DNA from: Massalongia carnosa
Lineage: Eukaryota
Assembly (NCBI GenBank): GCA_965645245.1
Contig: OZ287084.1
Span: forward strand, 248,001 to 312,000
Reading direction: 5' to 3'
DNA: 64,000 bases
Under the pieces are notes generated by a model, which worked only from the letters and a program-made list of their open reading frames with translations, was not told the origin of the DNA and did no database searches. The position numbers were made by a program, and so were the translations under genes. Shown here piece after piece: positions 8,563 through 19,761 of this stretch; within the stretch, counting starts at the first letter, position 1; the number at the start of each line of letters is the position of its first letter.

Positions 8563-11500
8563 CTATTCTTCGAGTTCTAAAACGCAATCGTTTGCGATGG
8601 CGTAAAACAACTAAAAACCCGGTCTCACTCCTGCAATGATGGAGGCTCGATATCAGTTCGCCTTGCGACATGAACACTGGACGATCGAAGACTGGAAGAA
8701 GGTCATTTGGACCGACGGAACAAGCGTTTGTTTGGGCACTCGTCGAGCATGCATACGAGTATGGCGCGATTCAACCGAATCGTACAATAAAACTTGCGTT
8801 CGTCGACGATGGAAAGAATATTCGGAGTTCATGTTTTGGGGTTCTTTTAGTTATGATAAGAAAGGTCCTATGCACATTTGAAAAGACGAGACCGCTGCTG
8901 AAAAGAAGGATGCAATTGAGCATTTAAAAAGACTCAACGACATTTCAGAACCTGCAGCGAAAGAAGAATGGGAATTAACCAACGGAATAAGACGAATGGG
9001 ACTACGAAATCCTGGAGGTCGAAAGCCCACTTGGACATGGAACAAAGCTCACGGTAAAATGGAGCGAGATAGGAAAGGAAAAATTGACTGGTATCGCTAT
9101 CAAATTCATATATTAATTCCCAAATTGATTCCCTTCACTCTTCACTGCATGATAAATCGTCCGGACACTTTGATACAGGAAGACAAGGCTCCCAGTCATG
9201 CTTGTAAGCATCAGGATCAGATACTTATGACTGCAGGAGTTATGCGCTTGATTTGGCCCGGAAATTCTCCTGATCTCAATATGATCGAGACTTGTTGGGC
9301 CTGGATGAAGCGACAAACCACCCGAAGAGGCTGTCCGACGAACAGAATCATCATGGAAAAGGTTTGGACTTGGTACTGGAAAAAGACATTGACTCAGAAA
9401 CGTATTCAGCACTGGATTGAGCGCATACCTCGTCATATTCAGCAGGTTATAGCTTTAGAGGGTGGGAATCAGTTGTTAAATGGCAAGGTTACCATCGGTT
9501 AGATGGTCAGACTACCACTAACATAGGCATCCATCGTGAGCCTCGGGAGGTGCCTTGCAAAGTGCCAAAAAAAAAGCATATATGGGAGTCAAGGTCTGAT
9601 CGTCAGGGTGCCTAAACAAGCAAATATGGGGAGACAAGGTCTGACCGTTTAGGCTCCTAGATGTGACTGTTTTGTGACTGCTATATAAAGCAGACAAATA
9701 GCCCACATAGATAATCACCTTCAATGACAATCATGCTACTATACCTACAAAGTGAATTTATATTTCATAGGTTATGAGCCCGGCTTACTTCTGCTACGTC
9801 TGAAAAGCCTCCACATTGATTGTCAACCAACTTACCTCCATCCCTCCATCTACTCCATTCTATACTATATATATTCCCTACCTCCGTCCGCGCCAAAGTC
9901 AAAGCATCAGTCCATTCCACAGGGTCACTGCCCTATTCCTCATTTCGTCTTCCTTGTAGCATCATGGGTAAAGGGGAGAGTCTATACACGTTCTCCAAAC
10001 TGATGGGGAGCGGGAACTATAAGAAATGGTCCAGAGACATGGCCTTCGCCCTGCAGGAAGCGGAACTTTGGAGTTATGTTACTGGGGCCCGGAAAATACC
10101 TCGAGAGATTACCTTTCCATCAAAGAGTTCTGATGATGACGAAGTCTCTCTGGAAGAAACACCGGATTAGCTCGATAAGCGGGATCAACGGGACCTTGAA
10201 CGACTGTAGTTCGAGGAAAAGCAAAGAAGAGTAGTAGAAAGATAGGCAAGATGTGCACGGATGACGTGCAGCAAGAATTCTTGTCGATGAGGGACCTAGC
10301 CAACGGTGAGATCTGGAATCCCAAGGACCTCTGGGAGGGACCTCTGGGAGCATTTGAAGACCCGTTATACATTGAAGAACTGGAGTGCTAAGTGGAGCAC
10401 CTTCAACCGGCTAGAGGAGATCAATTATGAAAAGTGCAAGACCATTGAGGAGTACGGTAGCCTGGTCAGAGATATCAAGGCTGAGATCACCGACATTTCC
10501 CTCTCTGTCGAGCAAATAGTGGTGCTTAAGCTTCTCAACGGACTTGGTAGTTCATTCAGCACCTACCTGACCATCCTGAACGAACAGGCCCGGCGGGAGG
10601 ATAAATTCCCTGCGCTGGATGGACTACTGAAGAACCTGGAGGACGAAGAAGCTCGAATGCGCCAGAACCCTGTTGCCATAGCTAACATGCTGAAGGCAAA
10701 GAAGAATAAGAACCCCACTGAAGAGGGTAAGAGCAAATGTAAATATTGTGGTTATAGCCACTCCGGGAAATGCAGGCATAGCAACGCCACATGTAGGAAA
10801 TGTGGTAAGACCGGCCACCTGGAACGCGTTTGCGAAGACAAAGGAGGTAATGAAACCTCGAAACCCCAAATAGTTTGTACAATAAGGGAATGTTCCGGGA
10901 AAAGAACCCAGGAAACACCGCTTATTTGTATGGCAAATCTGTACCGAGGCCCAAAGAATGCCCACGATCTATTGATCGACTCCGGTGCCACCGCGCACAT
11001 TACATGCAATAAAGATCTCTTTCAAGAAGGGACCTTTCGGAGCGAAAATAGCTGTTTAGAAACAGGTTCCGGAGAGGTGTTATCGACAGAGGGTAAAGGC
11101 TCTCTACTCGTATCACTGGACAATGGAAATGGAGGTGTAACGGACCTCATTTTGACCAACGTCCTTTTCGCCCCCGACCTAAAATTCAACCTCATCAGCA
11201 CAATACAACTCGGCAAAAAGGGCATATCAACGTACCTGATGGCGGATGACAAGCCCGCTCAACTGGTGCATAAAGGAAAGGTGGTTGGACTGGCCAAAAC
11301 AATAAATAATCAGTATGTTTTGCAGACAACCACTATTAGACCTACCGAAGCACGGGCCCTCACCACCACAAACGGTACAAAGGCCCCTATCCAAACATGG
11401 CACGAACGACTCGGCCATCTCAGCTACCAAACCTCCTAAAAATAAATCATTTAGCCAATGGAGTCACCATCGAAGGACCAATACCAGAAGAAGTATGCGG

Positions 11501-12494
11501 CTCATGCATGATGGGAAGACAACAGCGGAAAATAAATCGCACTCCACGAACCCGAGCAACAGAATTTCTCGGAATAGTGCATAGCGACTTAGGGGGACCA
11601 TTTACACTGACAAGGTTCGGTGAACGTTTTTATGCTACGATGAAAGACGACTTCTCCGGGGTAGTGTGGATCTACCTGCTGAGAACAAAGGGTCAAACCT
11701 TCGAATGTTTTAAGCAGTTCAAGACATGGATAGAAAATCAATCGGGAAAGAAAATAAAGAGACTCCGAGCTGATGGAGGAGGGGAGTACACCAGCGGTGA
11801 CTTCCAGGAATTCCTAAAGAGTGAAGGCATCCAGTGGGAGGCCCGGGCACCAAATGTGCCAGAACAGAATGGGAAGGCCGAAAGGCAAAATTATACCCTC
11901 ATGGTCCCCACTCGGTCCATGATGAAGGCTAAAAAGCTCCCAAAGTCCCTTTGGGGGGAGGTCCTGAAGACGGCCGGGTACATCAAGAATAGAAGTCCCG
12001 GGGTTGACGAGGTCACTCCATATGAACGCATGAATAATGCGAAACCCTTCCTCGGCCACATGAGAACGGTCGGGGCTAGGACGTGGGTACATATCCCAAA
12101 AGAGAAGCGCAAGAAGCTGGACAATAGGTCCTGGCAGGGGATATTTGTTGGGTATGAAGGAAACAATCAGTATCGAATTTACGATCCTCTCACTGGAAAA
12201 GTCCATGTTTGTCGCGATATCACCGTCGACGAAGGCAATATATATGATTCCAAGGACAAAAAGGCCTGGGACCTGGCCGACATTCCATGGGAGGGAGACG
12301 ATGATGCTTTGTTTGATGACCCAGATGATTTTGTTGATGAAAACAAAAGTTATAATCCGCCATCTTCGTTGTCTCTAAAAACTCCGAGCTCTGAAATATC
12401 GAGAAGTTCGGAAGTTCAAAATGAAATGGCCCCACCAGCACCACGGATAGTGCTACATCCAATGGGAGTAAATGGTTCGGGGGGAGGCCGAGAA

Positions 12495-12768
12495 GAGGAG
12501 AATGGGGGGGAGAGTGACTCCGATGAAGTGGAGGACATTCCTCGCCAGCCCATCGAACCTCGAAGATCTGGACGAATAAGGGTCCCCAGTCAAAGAACAC
12601 TGGAGAACATCCGTCCCAGCATCAACACCGACGAGGAGAATGGGGGGGAGAGTGACTCCGATGAAGTGGAGGACATTCCTCGCCAGCCCATCGAACCTCG
12701 AAGATCTGGACGAATAAGGGTCCCCAGTCAAAGAGCACTGGAGAACATTCGTCCCAGCATCAACACCG
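12495..12768 (+). repeat. 138-bp in-frame tandem duplication (46 aa x2) in the Copia A integrase C-terminal region
   Basis: EENGGESDSDEVEDIPRQPIEPRRSGRIRVPSQR(T/A)LENIRPSINT occurs twice, starting at 12495 and 12633. Confidence 0.95.
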
Positions 12769-13645
12769 TATTCAGTTCAAACCAGGTCCCGAAATCCCAT
12801 GAGCACATGGTGCGGGTGCTAGCAACCCTGGCAGGAGGCGAGGACAATGAGGGCCTCGCTGATCCTTTGACACTGAAAGAGGCTATGTCCTCACACCACT
12901 GGGATCAATGGAGAAAGGCCATGGAGACCGAGTATCAATCGCTAGTGGAGAATGAAACTTGGACACTAGAAAGGGCACCGACTGATCGAATGGTGATCAC
13001 CGGTCGCTGGGTGTTCAAAATAAAGAACCAAAGAGATGGTGGCAGATGGGCTTACGAAGCTACTGGCCGCTAAACCCTTTGCAATGCTTGGCATGAGCTA
13101 AGCTTAAAGAGGAAATTAATTCCCGAATAGCCTCAAAGATGGCTGAATGGGAGTGTTAAATGGCAAGGTTACCATCGGTTAGATGGTCAGACTACCGCTA
13201 ACATAGGCATCCATCGTGAGCCTCGGGAGGTGCCTTGCAAAGTGCCAAAAAAAAAAGCAGATATGGGAGTCAAGGTCTGATCGTCAGGGTGCTTAAACAA
13301 GCAAATATGGGGAGACAAGGTCTGACCGTTTAGGCTCCTAGATGTGACTGTTTTGTGACTGCTATATAAAGCAGACAAATAGCCCACATTGTTGAATGGC
13401 GGTTGCGATTATGGTTATAATGGCTTGTTGGGCTCACTGCGTGGATAGCGGGTAGTCTAATCTTCTCTAGGAAGGTTTTAGGTTTAGCGTGCTTTGCCCT
13501 TTGGTGAAAAGTCTGCTCTTTTCCTTTCAGATAGCTATATAGTCAATGCGATTACCTGCAACCAGAGTCTCCTTTTAACTGGTTATGAGCACGGTCAGCA
13601 ACAAGCTTCCGAACATCAGAAAAGGATATAGCTCTTCGCAAATCG

Positions 13646-13835
13646 CTATCTCGGCAGCTCGACTACGATTCCTTTAGGTAGGAAGAATCAGCACCTCGGC
13701 AGCTCCTTACGATTCCTATGGTAGGATAAACCAGCACCTCGGCAGCTCCTTACGATTCCTATGGTAGGATAAACCAGCACCTCGGCAGCTCCTTACGATT
13801 CCTGTGGCAGGATAAACCAGCACTCACGGCAGCTT
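13646..13835 (+). repeat. 43-bp tandem repeat array (~4 copies) in the Copia B 5' leader
   Basis: Unit CAGCACCTCGGCAGCTCCTTACGATTCCTATGGTAGGATAAAC at 13689, 13732 and 13775, with degenerate or partial copies on both sides. Confidence 0.92.
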
Positions 13836-13873
13836 GATACGACGGATCCAACAAGCACAATCAAATATCAAAA

Positions 13874-16800
13874 ATGACAACAATCGCAGACGATCTAGCG
13901 AAAAGAAGACCCTTGCCCGTTCTGACAAGGGAGAACTATCAAAGATGGTTCGAGCTGGCCGAAATGCATTTCGAAGCGGAAGGCATCTTTCATACAATAA
14001 GCGAGCCACAGCCCAATTCCTCGTACCTTCAGCAGCGAATGGACAAATTAAGCCTTGATGGAAAAGGAATAGATAAATCAGACACACCCCTCACCCGGGA
14101 AACCCCAATTATCGATTCGGAAAGATGGAGAAAGGACAACGCTAAAGCATGCTATCTTATAACCATCTGCTTAAGCCAATTCGATCAAGAACGCGTAAGA
14201 GTGATGAAGACAGCGGCGGAAAAGTGGACCTCGCTGTTAAGCAAGTACAACAGCATCCTTCCCACTTCAGGAAGACATTACCTTCAAGAGCTGGTGTCAT
14301 ATAAAATGAAAGAGAACACCACCGTTCAGGAAGCATGGGGGGAACTTTTGTTGTTGAGAGACAAGGTCGTCATGGCCACACCCACACTTCGAGACGCATT
14401 TCCCACTCGGCAACTATTCCAATTACTCTTACAATCTCTCCCAGCCGAGTACGCGGTCATTAGGGACGGAATTGATGCAATTGGGGGAGTAGATGCCGAA
14501 ATTGGCATAAAAAGGTTGGAAGACAAAGAAATTCAGCTAACACAGGCGAAAGCAGATTTAGCCTTGCTCGCAAAGCAGAAAGAACAGCGAAGAGAGCAGC
14601 GACGGCCTCTCAACCCATCCAGAAGTCAAAGCACATTCAACAACTCCAGGCAGGAGCGATCCAGACGGCACGAAAGGTCCTCAAGTGCAAAGAGAGAAAC
14701 GAAAATCAAGGACAACTCGCAAAAGGGATGCTTAATCTGTGGAGAAGTCGGCCACTGGACCAAAGAGTGCGAATTCTTGGAAAGCACTCGCAGCCACGTC
14801 AGGAGCCTCGCGAAGAAGAAGAAAGAGGTCAATAAAGGCAAATCATCCGTCAAGCGCCATCGGAGCTATCTCGCTGGCGAGTCAGAAGAAGAGGACGAGA
14901 ACGATAGCTTCTCATCAGGCGACAATGACGATGATCTAGATGATCTCGAGGAAACTGCGGCCCTCTCCAGAGAAGCAGTCTGTAAGATTCCCAGATCAAA
15001 ATGGGTAGCTGACTCTGGCGCATCATCCCACATGACTGACAAGCTTCAGCTCTTTAGCGGACCTCTGACAAAGATTAGAGAAAGAAGAATAAAGGTCGGC
15101 GGGGGAGAATTGAGAGCATGTCATCGCGGTACGTGCGTGATCAAGGATGGGCACGGAAATCAGGGATTTCTTTCTTCTGTCCTTTATGTCCCCAAGCTAG
15201 GGGTTAATCTCTTGTCTGGAAGGCGGATGTGCGAGAAGGGCCTCATCGGAAGTTTCGATCAGCACGGGCTGAAGATGCATGACAAGCAAGGCAAGGAGAT
15301 CATGGAGGCACGGCAGCGAGGGGGAGTATATATCGTCGAGAAAATAGCAAAGGATCTCGATGAATTCGCATTAACCGCGTCCATGCATCATGACATTGCC
15401 TTTCCAAGCAAAGTTGATATTGCATCACTCTCGTCTTCATCAGAGGCGTTAAAGCCGCGCGGCGCGGGTTTAACATGTCCAACAACACATAACAATATGG
15501 AAATCGAGATTGAGTCAACACCCGCACTTAACCCAACCAAGACGGACAAACACTCTGAAACGTACAGGCTATGGCATCGAAGATTCGCTCACCTAGGCCG
15601 AGAAAAGCTTCGTAACCTGCATAAGGTCACCACCCTAGAAAAGCCTATTCCGGTCAGCAAAGAAGAGGATCACATTTGCGAGGTATGCGCGCTCACTAAG
15701 CTCACCAATAAAAGAGGCAAAGCGACCGAGCGAAAAACCTCACTTCTGGCTCTGGTCTCCATCGATATTTGCGGTCCTTTGCCTGCCTCTCGAGAAGGAT
15801 ACACATACTTTTTGGAAATTGTGGACAACTATTCTAGAAAGATATGGTCCATTCCACTCAAAAGGCGAGACGAAGCACCAGGTGAATTGCGAAAATGGAG
15901 AATAAAAGTCGAATTACAAAGTGCACAAAGACTATTGGCTGTACGGAGTGACAATGCCACCGAGCTGAAGGCTACTCTTGATGAATGGTGCTCCTCAATC
16001 GGTATTATTCCGCAATACACCGTTCCTCATATGTCTATTCAGAACGGAGTCGCCGAGCGAGCAATTCGTACCACCGAGAACTCGGTGCGAGCCATGATAA
16101 AGGATGCAGAACTCCCAATCGAATTCTGGAAGGAAGCCATGGAAACTGATGCATATCTTCGGAATCGCACGGGATGCGGACCGATCATCGACGGCTATGC
16201 TAGCACACCGGAAGAAGCCTTCACGGGCGTCAAGCCATCCATTGATCACATTAGGGTATGGGGATGCAAATGCTATTCGTACGTCGATCCCAAATCGCTA
16301 CCCGCGGGGGATAGAAGGGATAAGTTCATGGATAGAGGCAGAATCGGAGTCTTTATGGGATATGTAGAAGAGACCACTAAACAGTATCGTCTCTGGGCAC
16401 CCGACATGGGAAAAATCATCAGAAGCCATGTCGTAAAATTTGATGAAAATTTAAAAGGTGGCAGCGTTGATTTAAACTTGCGGAAGCAGACACCCAACGT
16501 GCTACCAGAAAGACGGCCAGTAGGAAGACCACAAAAGACAAAAGAAACGAAAATCAGCGAACCCGCCAAATTAGTAGAAAGATTTTCGCATGTGGAGGTT
16601 TCTAGTCAACAGAATCAAACTCATGACCAACCAAACCCGAAAGATGATGTCACTCAAAACGTACCACCAATCCCAACTTCCGAAGAGTCGCCCATAGCGA
16701 ATGATTCAATCCCAGCCGCAGCTGTGCCTAAGGCTAGCACTAGCATATTCTCTCATGTTTCAATCCCGAAGCGAAAGCGATCTGATGAAGACTCAGTTCC

Positions 16801-18547
16801 CGAAGAACCGGCTTTCAAAATACCGCGCGCTTTTCTAGCGCTGTTCGCCGACGATAATAACGAGGATGAAGATGGCTATCTCAAATTCGAATCTGCCCTA
16901 TCGGCTGATGCTTCTTCATTTGAAAGAAACATACCCGAGCCTAAGTCTTACAAGGAAGCAGTAAATGATCCGGTGTGGGGGGAACTATGGAAAGAAGCAG
17001 TGAACACCGAGATCAAGGCGCTCATCGGTAATAAGACTTGGAAAGAAGTTGTTCCACCTCCCAAAACGAACATCGTCACCTGCAAATGGGTGTTTAAAGT
17101 AAAAACCAACCTCGATGGCTCATTGGAGAAGTTTAAAGCAAGATTAGTCGCCCGTGGGTTTACTCAAAAATACGGCATCGACTATGAGGACACTTTCGCC
17201 CCCACGGTAAGATCAGATACCCTACGTGCAGTGCTTGCCATAGTAGCGATGGAAAACCTGGAATGTCATCAAGTGGACGTGAATAACGCATTTACCCAAT
17301 CAACCTTGAAAGATGTCATTTACATGACCGCACCGGAAGGAGTAAACGTTGCCCCTGGTAGAGTTCTTCAGATTCTGCAAAGTCTATACGGTTTAAAGCA
17401 GTCCGCCAGAGAATGGAATAGCCGCTGTACAAATGAGCTGACCAAACTAGGCTTCATTCAATGCTCATCTGACCCATGCCTATTCACTCATCCTAAAAAG
17501 GGAATCATCATATTCATGCACGTAGATGACCTGGTGATCGCCTCCAAAATGATGAAAGAGATCGATTGGTTCAAGAAAGAGTTCAATGCTGCCGTTAGCA
17601 TCAAGGACCTAGGAGAAGTGTCGAAGGTTCTGGGCATACGAGTAACCAGAGATCGGAAAAATCGAACTCTTCGAATGGACCAGACGCATTATCTCAAAGA
17701 TGTGATGGAGAGAACACATATGAGCGCTGACAAACATAGGCCTACCGAAATTCCAATGAACGGCTATGATTCATTGCGACCGGCTGGAAAAGATGATAAG
17801 CGCATAGATCAAAGAGAATATCAGCAAATTGTTGGAAGCCTGATGTACGCGGCAATTCATACGCGGCCAGATATAGCTTTTGCTCTTGGAAGGCTAAGCC
17901 AATATCTCAGTGATCCAGCTGCTCATCACGGTCATGCACTAAAGACGCTGCTTAGATACGTTCGGTCCACCATTGACATCGGTATACTGTATGGGGCTGG
18001 GGGGAATCATGGCCAAGGCCTCATTGGGTATTCCGACTCAGACTACGCAGCTGATAGGCTCGAAAGAAAATCGATCTTGGGATACGTGTACATGCTAGGG
18101 GGAGGGCCTATATCGTGGATGAGCAGAAAGCAAAAGTCGGTTGCTACGTCTACAACGGAGGCAGAATACATGGCCTTATCAACTTGTGCTAAGGAGGGTT
18201 TATGGCTCGTTCAGCTGATGAAAGACATAGGCTTCGAGAAATATTTCAGTCATAACGTCAATATTCGTGAGAACTTGACGCATCAAGCTGACTCCCCGAT
18301 GCGGTTAAAAGGAGATAATCAAGCCGCTATACAACTGGCAAAAGATGCTCACATTCATGATAGATCTAAGCATATCGACGTTGCCTATCATCACATTCGG
18401 GACCTGCACAAGCGAAATCGAATTCAGGTCGAGTACATACCCAGCGGAGAGATGATTGCCGACGGCCTAACCAAGCCTCTAAATAAGCCCATCTTCAATC
18501 GGTTCATTAGTCAATTGGGACTGCAAAAAATGGAAAGAGTAAGGTAG
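13874..18547 (+). CDS. Copia Gag-Pol polyprotein (Gag-PR-IN-RT-RNaseH), 1557 aa
   Basis: CLICGEVGHWTKEC, WVADSGASSHM, LWHRRFAH, IDICGP, VRSDNATE, QNGVAER, FKARLVARGF, LYGLKQ, HVDD, YSDSDYA, ADGLTKPL. Confidence 0.97.
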   Translation: MTTIADDLAKRRPLPVLTRENYQRWFELAEMHFEAEGIFHTISEPQPNSSYLQQRMDKLSLDGKGIDKSDTPLTRETPIIDSERWRKDNAKACYLITICLSQFDQERVRVMKTAAEKWTSLLSKYNSILPTSGRHYLQELVSYKMKENTTVQEAWGELLLLRDKVVMATPTLRDAFPTRQLFQLLLQSLPAEYAVIRDGIDAIGGVDAEIGIKRLEDKEIQLTQAKADLALLAKQKEQRREQRRPLNPSRSQSTFNNSRQERSRRHERSSSAKRETKIKDNSQKGCLICGEVGHWTKECEFLESTRSHVRSLAKKKKEVNKGKSSVKRHRSYLAGESEEEDENDSFSSGDNDDDLDDLEETAALSREAVCKIPRSKWVADSGASSHMTDKLQLFSGPLTKIRERRIKVGGGELRACHRGTCVIKDGHGNQGFLSSVLYVPKLGVNLLSGRRMCEKGLIGSFDQHGLKMHDKQGKEIMEARQRGGVYIVEKIAKDLDEFALTASMHHDIAFPSKVDIASLSSSSEALKPRGAGLTCPTTHNNMEIEIESTPALNPTKTDKHSETYRLWHRRFAHLGREKLRNLHKVTTLEKPIPVSKEEDHICEVCALTKLTNKRGKATERKTSLLALVSIDICGPLPASREGYTYFLEIVDNYSRKIWSIPLKRRDEAPGELRKWRIKVELQSAQRLLAVRSDNATELKATLDEWCSSIGIIPQYTVPHMSIQNGVAERAIRTTENSVRAMIKDAELPIEFWKEAMETDAYLRNRTGCGPIIDGYASTPEEAFTGVKPSIDHIRVWGCKCYSYVDPKSLPAGDRRDKFMDRGRIGVFMGYVEETTKQYRLWAPDMGKIIRSHVVKFDENLKGGSVDLNLRKQTPNVLPERRPVGRPQKTKETKISEPAKLVERFSHVEVSSQQNQTHDQPNPKDDVTQNVPPIPTSEESPIANDSIPAAAVPKASTSIFSHVSIPKRKRSDEDSVPEEPAFKIPRAFLALFADDNNEDEDGYLKFESALSADASSFERNIPEPKSYKEAVNDPVWGELWKEAVNTEIKALIGNKTWKEVVPPPKTNIVTCKWVFKVKTNLDGSLEKFKARLVARGFTQKYGIDYEDTFAPTVRSDTLRAVLAIVAMENLECHQVDVNNAFTQSTLKDVIYMTAPEGVNVAPGRVLQILQSLYGLKQSAREWNSRCTNELTKLGFIQCSSDPCLFTHPKKGIIIFMHVDDLVIASKMMKEIDWFKKEFNAAVSIKDLGEVSKVLGIRVTRDRKNRTLRMDQTHYLKDVMERTHMSADKHRPTEIPMNGYDSLRPAGKDDKRIDQREYQQIVGSLMYAAIHTRPDIAFALGRLSQYLSDPAAHHGHALKTLLRYVRSTIDIGILYGAGGNHGQGLIGYSDSDYAADRLERKSILGYVYMLGGGPISWMSRKQKSVATSTTEAEYMALSTCAKEGLWLVQLMKDIGFEKYFSHNVNIRENLTHQADSPMRLKGDNQAAIQLAKDAHIHDRSKHIDVAYHHIRDLHKRNRIQVEYIPSGEMIADGLTKPLNKPIFNRFISQLGLQKMERVR

Positions 18548-19761
18548 TATCGCACCGCAGGGGGACTGTTGAATGGCGGTTGCGATTATGGTTATAATGG
18601 CTTGTTGGGCTCACTGCGTGGATAGCGGGTAGTCTAATCTTCTCTAGGAAGGTTTTAGGTTTAGCGTGCTTTGCCCTTTGGTGAAAAGTCTGCTCTTTTC
18701 CTTTCAGATAGCTATATAGTCAATGCGATTACCTGCAACCAGAGTCTCCTTTTAACTCACATAGATAATCACCTTCAATGACAATCATGCTACTATACCT
18801 ACAAAGTGAATTTATATTTCATATCAGTATCGCGAAGGTTCCACCGAAGCAGAAAGCGGAGTTCGTCTTTATATCAGTGAAGAACGAAAAGAACGATATA
18901 ATCGAGGTCGACGAGGCCTTCGAGCTGGTGATAATAGTAATAATACTAGCGATGACGAGGTTGATGACTAGAAATTCCAGAATTCGGCACTATAACCTGC
19001 CAAGACACTAGTATTAGCTTTACATTAGCGTATTATTAGGACTCTCGGTGTCAACCTCTGTACGGCAAAGTCCTTGGTATTAGTGCATTTTTAGCGTCGT
19101 ACAGAAAGGACGCTAAAAATTAAATAGGGGTTTTTATAGATATTGTACATTTTAACCTGTGCAGCATCTGTTATTTATCAAATATCATAAGGTAAAATTT
19201 TATTTGCTTCATATCATGACATCACGAACTCAGAACAATAGTCTGACCATTGGTCAAATGTTACAAGCATGATCCTTGATTGAACACGGCATAACAGCCA
19301 AAGTCGTTCAAGCAGTCATCGGAGTCTCTACTCAGTCTATCAGCTATCTCAAACGCAAGGCACGAGATCGAGGATATGATCCCACTGTTTCGCGAATATT
19401 GAATGTTATGATCTACCTAGAGACAAGTCATAGGGATACTAGAAACGAATACAATCAAGATGAAGAAGAAAAGAACAATTGAAACACAAATCTCGCCCCT
19501 AGCCCTCAATCGACTCGTGGAAGGATCTAGAAGGTTCGAGCATTGACCAGCTATGGAAACCGTGAATGCCTCGATGAGTCTAGCGCGCACACGCGATCCC
19601 GTGACTTCGGCTTGTGGCTTGTTCCGCTCCGGTCTACCGAAGTAGTGCCGAGTAGAACCGTGACACTACCCCCCGCTTTAGATCGCGAGTCACCTGACCG
19701 CGATAATGTCCGCGTTATCTCCGCTTAATCTGAGACTAAGTGACCGATGCGATTAGTGCGA

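Larger units (their letters stand above)
13390..18757 (+). mobile_element. Ty1/Copia LTR retrotransposon B, full-length and intact
   Basis: Identical 191-bp LTRs (13390-13580, 18567-18757); TSD CACAT; PBS GGTTATGAGC; purine tract AGGGGGA before the 3' LTR; one uninterrupted ORF. Confidence 0.97.
9474..18823 (+). mobile_element. Ty1/Copia LTR retrotransposon A, RT/RNaseH-deleted; 3' LTR split by Copia B
   Basis: 5' LTR 9474-9769; 3' LTR 13154-13389 + 18763-18823; TSD TCAGT; PBS GGTTATGAGCCC. Gag with CCHC, PR (LLIDSGAT), IN (WHERLGH, HSDLGGP, LRADGGGEY, EQNGKAER). RT start WVFKIK jumps to the RNaseH end KEMVADGLTK. Has stops and frameshifts. Confidence 0.95.
7725..19060 (+). mobile_element. 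Tc1-like DNA transposon A (DD34E), interrupted by a solo LTR and nested Copias
   Basis: 38-bp TIRs CAGAGGTTGACACCGA(A/G)AGTCCT(G/A)ATAATACGCTAATG (7725-7762 / 19023-19060) with TA flanks. Transposase pieces at ~7898-8238, 8567-9473 and 18829-18981 (RSGRPPK, WKKVIWTD, QEDKAPSH...WPGNSPDLNMIE, EGGNQYREG). Confidence 0.93.

Noticed and set aside
13646..13835. CRISPR-like array
   Set aside because: Units are contiguous with no unique spacers, there are no cas genes, and the array lies in a eukaryotic retrotransposon leader.
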